From an uncultured virus (IMG/VR IMGVR_UViG_3300022468_000843) (Duplodnaviria; Heunggongvirae; Uroviricota; Caudoviricetes): a DNA stretch of 64,000 nt. Shown in pieces: positions 55,476-64,000 of this stretch. The stretch's first letter is position 1; each line of letters begins with the position of its first letter. A program made the position numbers and the translations under genes. Below the pieces are notes generated by a model. The model was given only the letters and a program-made list of their open reading frames with translations, searched no databases and was not told the DNA's origin. Location of the stretch: IMG/VR virus record IMGVR_UViG_3300022468_000843. The stretch is one strand, 5' to 3'.

Positions 55476-57194
55476 TTAAGACGCCGACGCCGCGCCGCTG
55501 TACGGGACAGCGAAGATCGACACGAGCACGTAGTTGACGGGGATTGCGGGCGAGCACTCGAACTGCACGCGCAGCACGTCGCCGGCCAGCTCGGCGCTGA
55601 TATTGCGGTACGCGGGGCTCTGCGCATCGCCGACCAGCACACCCGGACCCTGGGGCTCGGCCTTCGCCAGCTCGCGCAGCGCAGACTCGGTGATGCTGAT
55701 AGCGCGCTGCAGGCTGATAGGCCCACCCTTGGCGCCGCGCAGCACGTCCAGAGCCTCGCGCACGCGGCGGGCGGTGAAGTCCAGCGCCCAGCCGGTGGAT
55801 TGCTCCACCTTCGCGTAGTTGCGATCGTTCAGCCAGGTGCTGATCGACTTGACCACCTTGTAGGCGTCGTCGGTCTTTTCGACGCAGAACACGCCGCCGT
55901 TGATCAGCACATCGGTGTCGGTCGGGTTGCGCAGATTGCGCTCCAGGCCGCGCACCTTGATGGCCTTGTTGGTCAGCGGGGTGCCAGGGTTTACACCGGA
56001 GAAGGCGCCCGAAATCAGGGCTGCCGTCATGTAGGCGGGATACAGCACCAGCTTGCCAAGCGGGTCGAAGTTGTAGTGCCCGATGTGCACCAGCGACGTG
56101 CGCTTGCTGTTCAGCGCCTTGGCGGCGTCAACGGCCTGCAGGTCGGTGGTGTTCAGCCCCGTGCCGCAGATCACCCGGCGCTCGCGCAGAGCTACATCGC
56201 TCATGTACGAGGCATGCGTGTCGGCCAGGGCGTGGATTGCCGGGTCGCCGCTGATCGGGGTGACCCACTGCACGTCCACGGTCTGCAGCACTTCAAACGC
56301 AGCAGCCCAGTCGCTGAACGTGGTCAGGCCGTCGGTACCGGCGGACATGAATGTCCAGTCCACCAGGGTCGGGGGCTTGCCGGCGCCGTTGACGCGGGTT
56401 GCGCGCACAAAGTCTTGCGTGGGGCCATTGAGCCAGTCCACCACAGCCTGCAGGTCCGCCTTGGCCGTGTAGGGGGCGGTCTTGACATCCACCGCGGTCA
56501 CGAAGTCCAAGCCGTTCAGCGCGGGCGAGTTGTAGCTGGAGTCCAGCACCGACGCCTCGAAGCCCGGAACCACGTTGATGCGGTCAACCAGGTCAACGAT
56601 CGTTCCGTACTGGGTCAGGTCCAGCGTGGCCACCGTGGTGCCAGAAGGCGCGGCCAGGACGACCGTGGTGCCAGTGACCGTCATGGTGGCCGAGGCCAGG
56701 GCGCCGGTGTACTGGACCGAGAAAGCGCGACGCTCGATGTTGTCCTTGCTGTAGTAGTCGTTGCCGCGCTTCGTGGTGACGCGCAGGCCCGCCACGCTGC
56801 CAGCTTCAACCTTGAATTGAATCTGGTTCTCGCGAATACCGTAGTTCACCGACGTCAGCGTGATGACGTTGGCGGCGGCGTTGTCCTTGAGGACGCCAGT
56901 CGACTGCAGCGCGTTGTCCACGCGGATGACTACGATGGTCTGCGGGCCGCCAGTTTCGGGGCTGGGGTCGAAGGCTGCGCGAACGGCGTCCAGCAGCTCA
57001 CCAGACACCAGGTCGCGAGCGGCTTCTTGCGGGCTGCCATAGCGCAGGGGCGTCTTCGGCTTGCCGCCGGCGGCACGGCCGATCAGCGCAACCACGTTGC
57101 CCACGGATGCGTTCTGCGGCTGCAGGGCGCTGTCATTGATGACCGACGCCGTTGCAGGCGAAACGATCAGCCGACCATTAAAAAATACAGACAT
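55476..57194 (-). CDS. Tail sheath protein
   Basis: IG.A.GG.P, LTNK, L...GV, P..PVNYV; 572 aa. Confidence 0.9.
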   Translation of the reverse strand: MSVFFNGRLIVSPATASVINDSALQPQNASVGNVVALIGRAAGGKPKTPLRYGSPQEAARDLVSGELLDAVRAAFDPSPETGGPQTIVVIRVDNALQSTGVLKDNAAANVITLTSVNYGIRENQIQFKVEAGSVAGLRVTTKRGNDYYSKDNIERRAFSVQYTGALASATMTVTGTTVVLAAPSGTTVATLDLTQYGTIVDLVDRINVVPGFEASVLDSSYNSPALNGLDFVTAVDVKTAPYTAKADLQAVVDWLNGPTQDFVRATRVNGAGKPPTLVDWTFMSAGTDGLTTFSDWAAAFEVLQTVDVQWVTPISGDPAIHALADTHASYMSDVALRERRVICGTGLNTTDLQAVDAAKALNSKRTSLVHIGHYNFDPLGKLVLYPAYMTAALISGAFSGVNPGTPLTNKAIKVRGLERNLRNPTDTDVLINGGVFCVEKTDDAYKVVKSISTWLNDRNYAKVEQSTGWALDFTARRVREALDVLRGAKGGPISLQRAISITESALRELAKAEPQGPGVLVGDAQSPAYRNISAELAGDVLRVQFECSPAIPVNYVLVSIFAVPYSGAASAS

Positions 57195-57206
57195 GAAACG
57201 CCTCGC

Positions 57207-57419
57207 TTAAACAGGGGTGGTGACGAAAGTGTCGAAACGCGCCCGGTACGAGGCCTCGGTGTCCTTGAGGCGTCCAGCGCGGCGCTCCACGAACTCGAAG
57301 CCACCCAGCAGCTCGGGGCGGCTCACCGTTTCGGAAAGGCGCGTGCAGAATTCCGCCAGCGTCAGCCGGGGCTCTTGCGTGATTTCCACGGCTTCGTCCG
57401 TGGGGTTTTGCTTAGCCAT
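57207..57419 (-). CDS. Small pre-sheath protein
   Basis: AGGAG RBS, start MAKQNP. Confidence 0.7.
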   Translation of the reverse strand: MAKQNPTDEAVEITQEPRLTLAEFCTRLSETVSRPELLGGFEFVERRAGRLKDTEASYRARFDTFVTTPV

Positions 57420-58251
57420 TGATGCTCCTTGAAATGACAGACGAAATAGCGTCAACGTTTCCGCCCACGCGAACTGGTGCCAGGCAGGTGAAGGTGTTCA
57501 CCGTCTGGAACATGCCTGGCACGCCGTACTCGCCATTCAGCGAGTCCACATCGGACTGCTCCAGGACGACCAGGTCCAAACCCTCGGCGGCAAAGACGCC
57601 CAGGTTGCCGATGATGATGCGGCGTAGCGCCTTCCGCAGCGCCGAGCGCTCGTCTGCATTCAGGCACCAGCCGATGATTTGCAGGTTCACATCAGCGAGC
57701 CAGCCGTCGGTTTCCTCCCAGCCGTAGCTCGTCATGTCGAACTCATCGCCGCCGATGTACTCGCCAATCGCGCGCTCCGCGGGCTTTTCGGATTCGAGGT
57801 GGATGGTCACGGCCGGGAAGCTGGTTGTTTCAGCGATCGGCGGCGCGGTGAAAACCTGCACGTAGCCGAGATCGGAGACAACCGCGCCGCGTTCGACCTC
57901 GATTTTCAGCCCGGCCTCCAGGCGGTCGCGGAGCAGCGTCATCACATCGGTTGACAGATCCGCGTAGCTCGCGCGAGGTGTTGCGCTTACGGCGCCGCCA
58001 GGGGTCCATGTGGCCCCGTGGTCGAAGCTGTAGTAGGGCTTGTAGAAATAGGGGACATCGTTCTCGATGAACTGGGTATCGACGAACGAATCCAGCGTAC
58101 CCTCGAAGACCAGGAAAGCCCCGGTGTCGGCCGGGCCGGTGAACGTGTTGGAACCGCGGCGAAGAACTCGCCAGGCGACAGCGCCCGCAGGCGGCTCCAG
58201 AAGGAGGCGCACAGCATTTCCGATTGGAAGCGGCTGGGCCAGTGAAATCAT
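57412..58251 (-). CDS. Tail completion/terminator-like protein
   Basis: Position before sheath; FPAVTIHL. Confidence 0.6.
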   Translation of the reverse strand: MISLAQPLPIGNAVRLLLEPPAGAVAWRVLRRGSNTFTGPADTGAFLVFEGTLDSFVDTQFIENDVPYFYKPYYSFDHGATWTPGGAVSATPRASYADLSTDVMTLLRDRLEAGLKIEVERGAVVSDLGYVQVFTAPPIAETTSFPAVTIHLESEKPAERAIGEYIGGDEFDMTSYGWEETDGWLADVNLQIIGWCLNADERSALRKALRRIIIGNLGVFAAEGLDLVVLEQSDVDSLNGEYGVPGMFQTVNTFTCLAPVRVGGNVDAISSVISRSING

Positions 58252-58258
58252 GGCCTCA

Positions 58259-58296
58259 ATGATCGCGTCACGACCAAAGGCTCGTGATGCAACAAT
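58259..58296. promoter_or_regulatory. Back-to-back divergent late promoters, both leaderless
   Basis: Minus GTCGTGA CGCG ATCAT (58259-58274); plus CTCGTGA TGCA ACAAT (58281-58296). Confidence 0.72.
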
Positions 58297-58301
58297 GGGG
58301 A

Positions 58302-59171
58302 ATGGCTGGAATAAATTATGGCGTCACGTTCAGCATTGCCGGAAAGCTCGATGCCGTCGGCATCGTGAACAAGGAAGTGCTGCCACTCCTGCACCAGGCG
58401 GTGAAGGGCGTCGCCAAGCACGGCGCCCAGAATTGGCAAGAGGCCGTGCTCAAGCAGCGCGGCATCTGGTCAAAGGAAAAGGATGACTACGCGGCATCCA
58501 TCACCTGGAAGATGACGGGCGACTTCAGCGCGGTCATCGAGTCGGACTACCAATACGCCGCGGACATCGAAACCGGCCGCCCAGCGCGCGACCTCAAGCG
58601 CATGCTGGACACCAGCGGGAAGGTGCGGCGCACCAACGACGGGCGCAGGTTCCTGGTGATCCCGTTCCGCCACAACACCCCAGGCAACAGCGCCCACGGG
58701 CAGGAAATGCCATCAGGCGTGCACGGGTTGGCCAAGGCGATGAAGGAATCCCAGGTCACGGGCGGCGGGCAGCGCCCATCCGGCCAGGTGGTGCACCTCT
58801 CGCCGAAAAGCGGCATGTCGCCAGCGGCGAAACAAACGCCGTTCCTCAGCTCCACCACGACCAAGAAGGCCTCCACCGTCGAGGCGCGCAGCTACGCCTG
58901 GGGCGGGCGCCTCACCAACGGTGCCATGAAGCAGGCCGGGCTGGACGCGGCCACGCGCAAGCGGTACGCGGGCATGGTCAAGATGGACACCAGCACGCCG
59001 GGCGGCGCAAAGTCCTCGGCTTACATGACCTTCCGCATCATGATCGAGGGCAGCCAGGGGTGGGTGGTTCCGGCGCAGCCGGGCCGCTACATCGCCAAGA
59101 AGGTGGCGGAAGATCTTCAACCCAAGGCAGAGGCCGCATTTGCAGCCGCAGCCAAGGCCGCCATCAAGTAG
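58302..59171 (+). CDS. Virion morphogenesis/neck-type protein, inverted orientation
   Basis: Y..SI, A.DIE.G...DLK..L, FLVIPFRH, YMTFR...GW..P. Confidence 0.65.
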   Translation: MAGINYGVTFSIAGKLDAVGIVNKEVLPLLHQAVKGVAKHGAQNWQEAVLKQRGIWSKEKDDYAASITWKMTGDFSAVIESDYQYAADIETGRPARDLKRMLDTSGKVRRTNDGRRFLVIPFRHNTPGNSAHGQEMPSGVHGLAKAMKESQVTGGGQRPSGQVVHLSPKSGMSPAAKQTPFLSSTTTKKASTVEARSYAWGGRLTNGAMKQAGLDAATRKRYAGMVKMDTSTPGGAKSSAYMTFRIMIEGSQGWVVPAQPGRYIAKKVAEDLQPKAEAAFAAAAKAAIK

Positions 59172-59811
59172 CGCTGCGGCGCCCCAGGAGGTCGAAGCGG
59201 CGCAGCACCACCCGCCGCGGGAGCGGCGCACCGCTGTGCTCGTTGCGGCTTGAGGGCATTTCCACCAGGCAGTAATACTCCGGCAGGCGCTGGCCCGTGA
59301 TCGAGTAGGTGACACCAGGCGGCGGGGCATCCGCACCCCAAACCGGGCGGCCGTCCGCGCCCAGCGATGGCAGCGGGCCCTCGACGAGCGCCTTGGTGAC
59401 GGCATCGATCCAGAACACGCGGTCGATGCCGCTGGCCTGGAACATCAGGCGCTCGGTCGGCGCGCTGCGCGTGAGGCTCGTAGAGAAGCGTTCGGCCCCG
59501 TTGAGCATGGTGACGCGGTCAAACGGGCCAACGGCCCACATGGGGCTGTCTCCGGGCACGGTGACGACAATATCGCCATCCGTCCACATGCCCGAGCCGA
59601 TCCACTGCTGCTGGGTCTTCTGGCTGGCCACGCCGCACACGCAGAGCTGCGACGCCGACCACAGATGCCCCTTGCCGAGGCAGTGGGGGCAGCGCGGATC
59701 CGGCTGCCCGCTGTCGCGCTTGACGCACGGGCACGCGAAGGATTGCGACCACTTCACCTGTTGCCCTATGTGGGCCAGGTGTCGATTGAAGGCGCCGGCG
59801 TTGAGTTGCAT
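59164..59811 (-). CDS. Head closure/neck protein
   Basis: GQ.V.W....CPC...C..C.G.G; position. Confidence 0.65.
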   Translation of the reverse strand: MQLNAGAFNRHLAHIGQQVKWSQSFACPCVKRDSGQPDPRCPHCLGKGHLWSASQLCVCGVASQKTQQQWIGSGMWTDGDIVVTVPGDSPMWAVGPFDRVTMLNGAERFSTSLTRSAPTERLMFQASGIDRVFWIDAVTKALVEGPLPSLGADGRPVWGADAPPPGVTYSITGQRLPEYYCLVEMPSSRNEHSGAPLPRRVVLRRFDLLGRRSAT

Positions 59812-60917
59812 CAGAACACCATCGAGCGGATGCCGTGGATGCGCGTCATCAGGCCGCCATTCGTGCCCTTCGGCCCGTTGATGATGTCGTCGATCGCATC
59901 GCTGTACTTGCTGATATCCATGCTCATGCTCTGGCTCAGGCCGTCAGCAGAGATGGAGCCCGACTGCGGGATGTACGAATCCGCCAACACGTTCAGGACG
60001 GCCTTTTTCTTGATCACATCCAGAATCTCCGGGTACTCGGTCTGGATGTTTTGCAGGCCCGCCGTGTAGGCCACCTGCACCATGTCCGGGATGCTCCGGC
60101 GGTTGATCATGGAGGTCATCGCGAAGCCGGCCGTGCCCATCAGCAGCGCGGAGTTGCTGGGCACGATGCGGACATGGCCAGGGCGGCTGTCGATGCGCAG
60201 CCAGTCGAGCGGCACGTTGAAAAAGCCCTGGTTTTGCGTGGGGTACGCGAAGCGGATGTACTCCACCGAGATGACCGGGCGGTGCCGCGTGACCAGGTAG
60301 CCCCACTTGTCGCGCTCGAACATTTCCGGCACGTAGTCATACCCGGCGTCGATCTGCCATGGCATGCCGCCCAGGGCGGCCAGATCGTCGGCCGTGGGCT
60401 GGATGGGAAAGTACCGCGTCGGCACCAGGGGCACGCGCAGCAGGCCGGCGACATACGCCTCGGCGGCGATCAGCTTCTCCCAGAGGTAGTCGTCACTGAC
60501 CGCGATGCCGGGCATGAGGTTGGCGGCCATCAGTGCGAGGCGGTCCTGGCGCAGGCGAGCCACGGCAACGATCCGGTTCGGAAACAGCGCGCTGCCGGCG
60601 TTCAGGGGCGCCTTGACGTTCAACAGGCAGACCCGCGCATCGCGCCGGCCAGCCGCCGTGACAATCGAGTTTTCGAGCACGTACCAGTCGGGCGTGATTC
60701 CGACGGGCGCCTCGATCCAGATGGAGGTGGACGTGCCAGAAGTCAGCGAATCCGTCAGGATGGGGCCTGGGGCGCTTACGGTCCAGGTGCTGGAGACGAT
60801 CGTGTCCCCGCCAGCTTTCGCCAGCCAGTCGGACCAGTCGAGGCCGTAGTCCAGCCTCGAGCCCGCCCGCTGCTCGCCGGTGAACCCGCTGTCGGATTCC
60901 GTGAATAGCGTGGTCAT
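59811..60917 (-). CDS. Head-tail adaptor fused to N-terminal fibre-adaptor-like domain
   Basis: N-term DYGLDWSDWL...DTIVSSTW; C-term YTAG, S.S.DGLSQS; start MTTLF. Confidence 0.65.
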   Translation of the reverse strand: MTTLFTESDSGFTGEQRAGSRLDYGLDWSDWLAKAGGDTIVSSTWTVSAPGPILTDSLTSGTSTSIWIEAPVGITPDWYVLENSIVTAAGRRDARVCLLNVKAPLNAGSALFPNRIVAVARLRQDRLALMAANLMPGIAVSDDYLWEKLIAAEAYVAGLLRVPLVPTRYFPIQPTADDLAALGGMPWQIDAGYDYVPEMFERDKWGYLVTRHRPVISVEYIRFAYPTQNQGFFNVPLDWLRIDSRPGHVRIVPSNSALLMGTAGFAMTSMINRRSIPDMVQVAYTAGLQNIQTEYPEILDVIKKKAVLNVLADSYIPQSGSISADGLSQSMSMDISKYSDAIDDIINGPKGTNGGLMTRIHGIRSMVF

Positions 60918-60918
60918 G

Positions 60919-62832
60919 TCATGCCTTGAAAATTCTGCCGGATTCGATGATACGCTCACGACGCCCGGCGACGACCACGCCCTGGGCGCGCGCTGTGGCT
61001 GATACATTGCCGCGGCTCACGCGCTGTTTCGCCTGCGCCGGCCGGCCTTCCGCTTGGGTTTTTGGCACTTGAGCGACCGCAAGACGCCCCGGACTTGGCA
61101 TCTTTCCAACGACGCTGTAGGAGCCAGGCATGGAGGCCGCCGCAATCCCGGTGATGTCGAAGCCGTCCAGCAGATCCGCCCAGACGGAAGCCTCCACCGC
61201 GTACTCGCCATCCATGCCCGAGCCAACAGCGATCAGGGTATCAAACCCACCGTCCAGATCCCGGGCGACGGCCTGCAGGACAGAGAACTCTCCGGCAAGC
61301 GCGCTACCGACCTCGGTCTGCACGCCATAACCGCCCGACAGGTCCGCCGACACGGCGCTGGCGATGGTGTGCGAAAGGGAGGTGCTGGCGCCGACGGCGC
61401 TGAGGATGGGGTACGACAGCGCGAGGTTGGCGCCCACGCCACCCTCAAGGATGTAGCCACCCGCCAGGCTGGCACCCACGAGCCCGCTGACGCTGTACGC
61501 CCCAGGCTGCGAGGCCTCCACCCCAACCAGGACGGAATAAGCACCCGGAACGGATGCAGCGACCTGCTGCAGCACGGCGTGCGCGCCGGCCAGCGAGGCG
61601 GATGCGCTCTGCAAGACGGCGTAGCCACCAGCATGATCCGACACCAGCACCCCGGCGATGCCGAAGGACAGCGCCAGGCTGGCCGGTACCGAGGTCAGGA
61701 CAGCGTAGGAGCCAGGGCGATCAGCGGCAACGCCCTGCGCAATCCCGTGCGACCCGGCAAAGTCAGCCACCACGACGCTCGCGATCGTGAAGGTGCTCGG
61801 CAGATCGGCCGACACCCCGGATGCCACCGGGTAGGCGCCCGCGTGGTCCGCAAGCACGGCGGCCGAGACGCCATATGCCCCGGCCAGCGATTCCGCCACG
61901 CCCTGCCGCACCTGGTGCTCGCCATTGAAGGCGGCCGCCGCGCCCACAAGCACTGCATACGCACCAGGCGCATCAGCCCGAACCCCGGAAAGGACCGTGT
62001 AGGCGCCTGGGGCATCGGATGACGCTACCCCAGCGACACCGTACGAATCGGCCAGGCTGGACCCCGCCGTGGCCCGCACAGCGTACGCGCCGGCGACGTT
62101 GGCGGCCACGGAAGCCAGCACGGCATGGGCGCCGGGATGATCGGCCGAAACCGCGCTGGCGATGCCGTACGCGCCCGGGGCGTTTGCGGCGACGCCGGAC
62201 AGCACCAGGTAGGCGCCTGTCGCGCTGGCTGCCACCGAGGACGCGACGCCGTAGGCGCCTGGGGCATCCGCAGCGACCGAGGAAATGATGGCGTAAGCGC
62301 CCGAGCCGTCCGCTGAGGTGGTGCCGGCAACCCCATAGCCGGTCGCCAGATCGGCGGCGACGCCGGACAGGATGCCGTAGGCGCCAGGACCGTCGGCTTG
62401 GGCGCCGGACAGCACGGCGAACGTGCCGGCGTGGTCCGCGGAAACGCTGGCCAGCGCGGCGTGCGCGCCCGCAAGGTCCGCGGACACGGCGGACAGCACG
62501 GCATATGCCCCAGGCTGGCCAGCCAGGACGGACGAGAGGACGCTGTAGGCCCCGGGTTGGTCTTGCGCGACCGAGGACAGGATCGCAAACGACCCGGTCA
62601 TGTCGGCGGCCACGCCGGCGAGGATGGCGTGGCTACCGCTGGCGCTGGCGGCCACGACCTGAAGCACGCCATAGGCGCCCGCCAGGTCGGCGCCCACCAC
62701 GGACGTGCCAGCCGTCGCCGCGCCCGTCTCGAAGACGGCCGGGTCGAAAACATCAGGGCCGTCGAACAGTTCGGCGCTGCCACCGAACAGCGCGCTGTCG
62801 AATACCCCGCTATCAAAGACGGGGGTCGCCAT
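60919..62832 (-). CDS. Repeat protein, 38 x 14 aa (putative fibre ruler)
   Basis: Consensus VAAD(L/A)(P/A)GAY(G/A)VLS(G/A), no indels. Confidence 0.85.
   Translation of the reverse strand: MATPVFDSGVFDSALFGGSAELFDGPDVFDPAVFETGAATAGTSVVGADLAGAYGVLQVVAASASGSHAILAGVAADMTGSFAILSSVAQDQPGAYSVLSSVLAGQPGAYAVLSAVSADLAGAHAALASVSADHAGTFAVLSGAQADGPGAYGILSGVAADLATGYGVAGTTSADGSGAYAIISSVAADAPGAYGVASSVAASATGAYLVLSGVAANAPGAYGIASAVSADHPGAHAVLASVAANVAGAYAVRATAGSSLADSYGVAGVASSDAPGAYTVLSGVRADAPGAYAVLVGAAAAFNGEHQVRQGVAESLAGAYGVSAAVLADHAGAYPVASGVSADLPSTFTIASVVVADFAGSHGIAQGVAADRPGSYAVLTSVPASLALSFGIAGVLVSDHAGGYAVLQSASASLAGAHAVLQQVAASVPGAYSVLVGVEASQPGAYSVSGLVGASLAGGYILEGGVGANLALSYPILSAVGASTSLSHTIASAVSADLSGGYGVQTEVGSALAGEFSVLQAVARDLDGGFDTLIAVGSGMDGEYAVEASVWADLLDGFDITGIAAASMPGSYSVVGKMPSPGRLAVAQVPKTQAEGRPAQAKQRVSRGNVSATARAQGVVVAGRRERIIESGRIFKA
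60947..60962 (-). promoter_or_regulatory. Late promoter motif
   Basis: GTCGTGA GCGT ATCAT. Confidence 0.6.
61102..62697 (-). repeat. 42-bp-period degenerate tandem repeat (38 units)
   Basis: Counted by hand from the translation. Confidence 0.85.
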
Positions 62833-62834
62833 GG

Positions 62835-63773
62835 TCAGTAATCAGTCTCGATGTAGATGCCGCAGACATCGAGGCCAACAGCCGCGGCTGTTGCATTGTT
62901 CGTGCGCCAGAGCTGGTGGCACAGCAGCGTGGTGCCGGCGGGGCACACCAGGGCCGCCAGGAACCCGGAGGCCTTGGCACCGGTGTTGAGGCGGGTGACC
63001 TCGTAGTAGCAACCACCAGAAGTCGGCGAGAAAAGCGTCAGCTCATAGACGTCCTGCGACGCCGTGTTTGCCGGAAAGCCAGCCCCAAGGTCGATCGGCG
63101 CTTGCGCGACACTGCCGCCATAGACGATCTGCAGGTTTGCAGAAGTGGATAGCTGCGCCACGCCGATGACGTTGACCAATGTGGATGGCTCGACGTTCGT
63201 TGGCGCGCCGGTTGAGGCGGCGAGGCCGACAAACATGCGAGCACCGGCCACGTTCGCGGCATCCGATGTTGCGAACCGGTAGCGGGCAAAGAAGCCGCCC
63301 AGGCCAGCGCCGGCGCCGGTCGTGTACTTGGCGACGGCCTCGCGGGCGCCGGCAAGCGCTGCAGCCGTTGCGGCGGACACGTACGCCAGCCGCGTCATGC
63401 GGGTCAGCATGTTGGTCGTGGCCACGTTGCGCGCCGTAGCCGTTCCGGTACCGGTCAGCGCGGCCATGCCGAATACGCCGGGCGCCGTGGTGCTGTTTCC
63501 CGGCGGCATCCACAGCGCTACCTTGTTGCCGCCAAGGTTCGGCTGCAGGGTCGTATCGAGGCCGGACGGCCCCATCTGCGACAGCATCGTGCGGCCGCCG
63601 ATCTTCTTGCCGTACAGGGTAAGAAAACCATCGGCTGGCGCCGCCGGGTCGGAGGTCAGCACCGGAATATCCACCTCGGAATCGATAACGTGGCCATCGT
63701 TCCAGCGATCGACGGAAACCTGCTTGGCGCCATCGTTGACGCCGGTCGCCTGGTAGTTATGGCGGATTGGCAT
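62835..63773 (-). CDS. Putative fibre tip / beta-sandwich virion protein
   Basis: WN..H, P.AP..G.L.LY, beta-rich C-terminus. Confidence 0.6.
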   Translation of the reverse strand: MPIRHNYQATGVNDGAKQVSVDRWNDGHVIDSEVDIPVLTSDPAAPADGFLTLYGKKIGGRTMLSQMGPSGLDTTLQPNLGGNKVALWMPPGNSTTAPGVFGMAALTGTGTATARNVATTNMLTRMTRLAYVSAATAAALAGAREAVAKYTTGAGAGLGGFFARYRFATSDAANVAGARMFVGLAASTGAPTNVEPSTLVNVIGVAQLSTSANLQIVYGGSVAQAPIDLGAGFPANTASQDVYELTLFSPTSGGCYYEVTRLNTGAKASGFLAALVCPAGTTLLCHQLWRTNNATAAAVGLDVCGIYIETDY

Positions 63774-63785
63774 GGGGCAGACCTA

Positions 63786-64000
63786 TCAAGCAGCCGTATC
63801 GCACTCGACGCGCAGCGTGTACGTGTCGTTCGCGGCGGGTGTCGCGGCGCCGATCGTCCGGCGAACCCAGACGGCACGGTGCTGTCCTGCGGGGATGTTG
63901 CCCAGCGCCAGGCCTGCGCCCTTTGTGGCGGGCTGGCTGAACGTCACGCCGGCGGGAGCGGTGTTTTCGTCGGCCACGGCCGTTTCGGTGGCGTTGACAG
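63786..64000 (-). CDS. 3' end of putative fibre subunit (truncated by window)
   Basis: LALGNIPAGQHRAVWVRRT...TLRVECDT. Confidence 0.6.
   Translation of the reverse strand, partial: VNATETAVADENTAPAGVTFSQPATKGAGLALGNIPAGQHRAVWVRRTIGAATPAANDTYTLRVECDTAA

Larger units (their letters stand above)
1..64000. mobile_element. Temperate myophage genome segment (non-integrated configuration at the tRNA att site)
   Basis: Integrase, attP, replication, lysis, baseplate, sheath and tube genes; phage genes on both sides of the tRNA fragment; no host housekeeping genes. Confidence 0.95.

Overview
The whole 64 kb window is a continuous part of a GC-rich temperate myophage genome (contractile tail). No host housekeeping genes are visible, and capsid, portal and terminase lie outside the window. 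Layout: leftward accessory genes with a lambda-type phosphatase (0-3.7 kb); an AT-rich, GGTTCC-repeat origin candidate (3.7-4.0 kb); a rightward array of small early ORFs punctuated by six copies of a promoter/operator module (4.7-17.9 kb); leftward replication genes (primase-helicase, VRR-NUC, DUF5664-like, SSB, SF2 helicase, Cro-like HTH); a rightward recombination operon (RecE-like, ABC-ATPase, Xis-like, HU, RecD-like, dUTPase); attP with a tRNA-Arg(ACG) 3' half, tyrosine integrase, HNH and TraR-like genes; then leftward lysis, tail fibre, baseplate, tape measure, tube, sheath and neck genes. Main signals read from the DNA: (1) a second att-like site at 2.2-2.3 kb carrying the same arm-type repeats as attP, plus an IHF box and a related core; (2) a nine-copy TCGTGA-N4-ANAAT late-promoter motif, often leaderless; (3) a 38 x 14-aa ruler-like protein in a putative neck/head fibre module; (4) a pseudoknot-capable RNA leader before the primase; (5) a +1 frameshift site in the tail chaperone; (6) a tail spike with a linker-fused C-terminal extension. 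Protein family calls come from motif recognition only; no searches were run.
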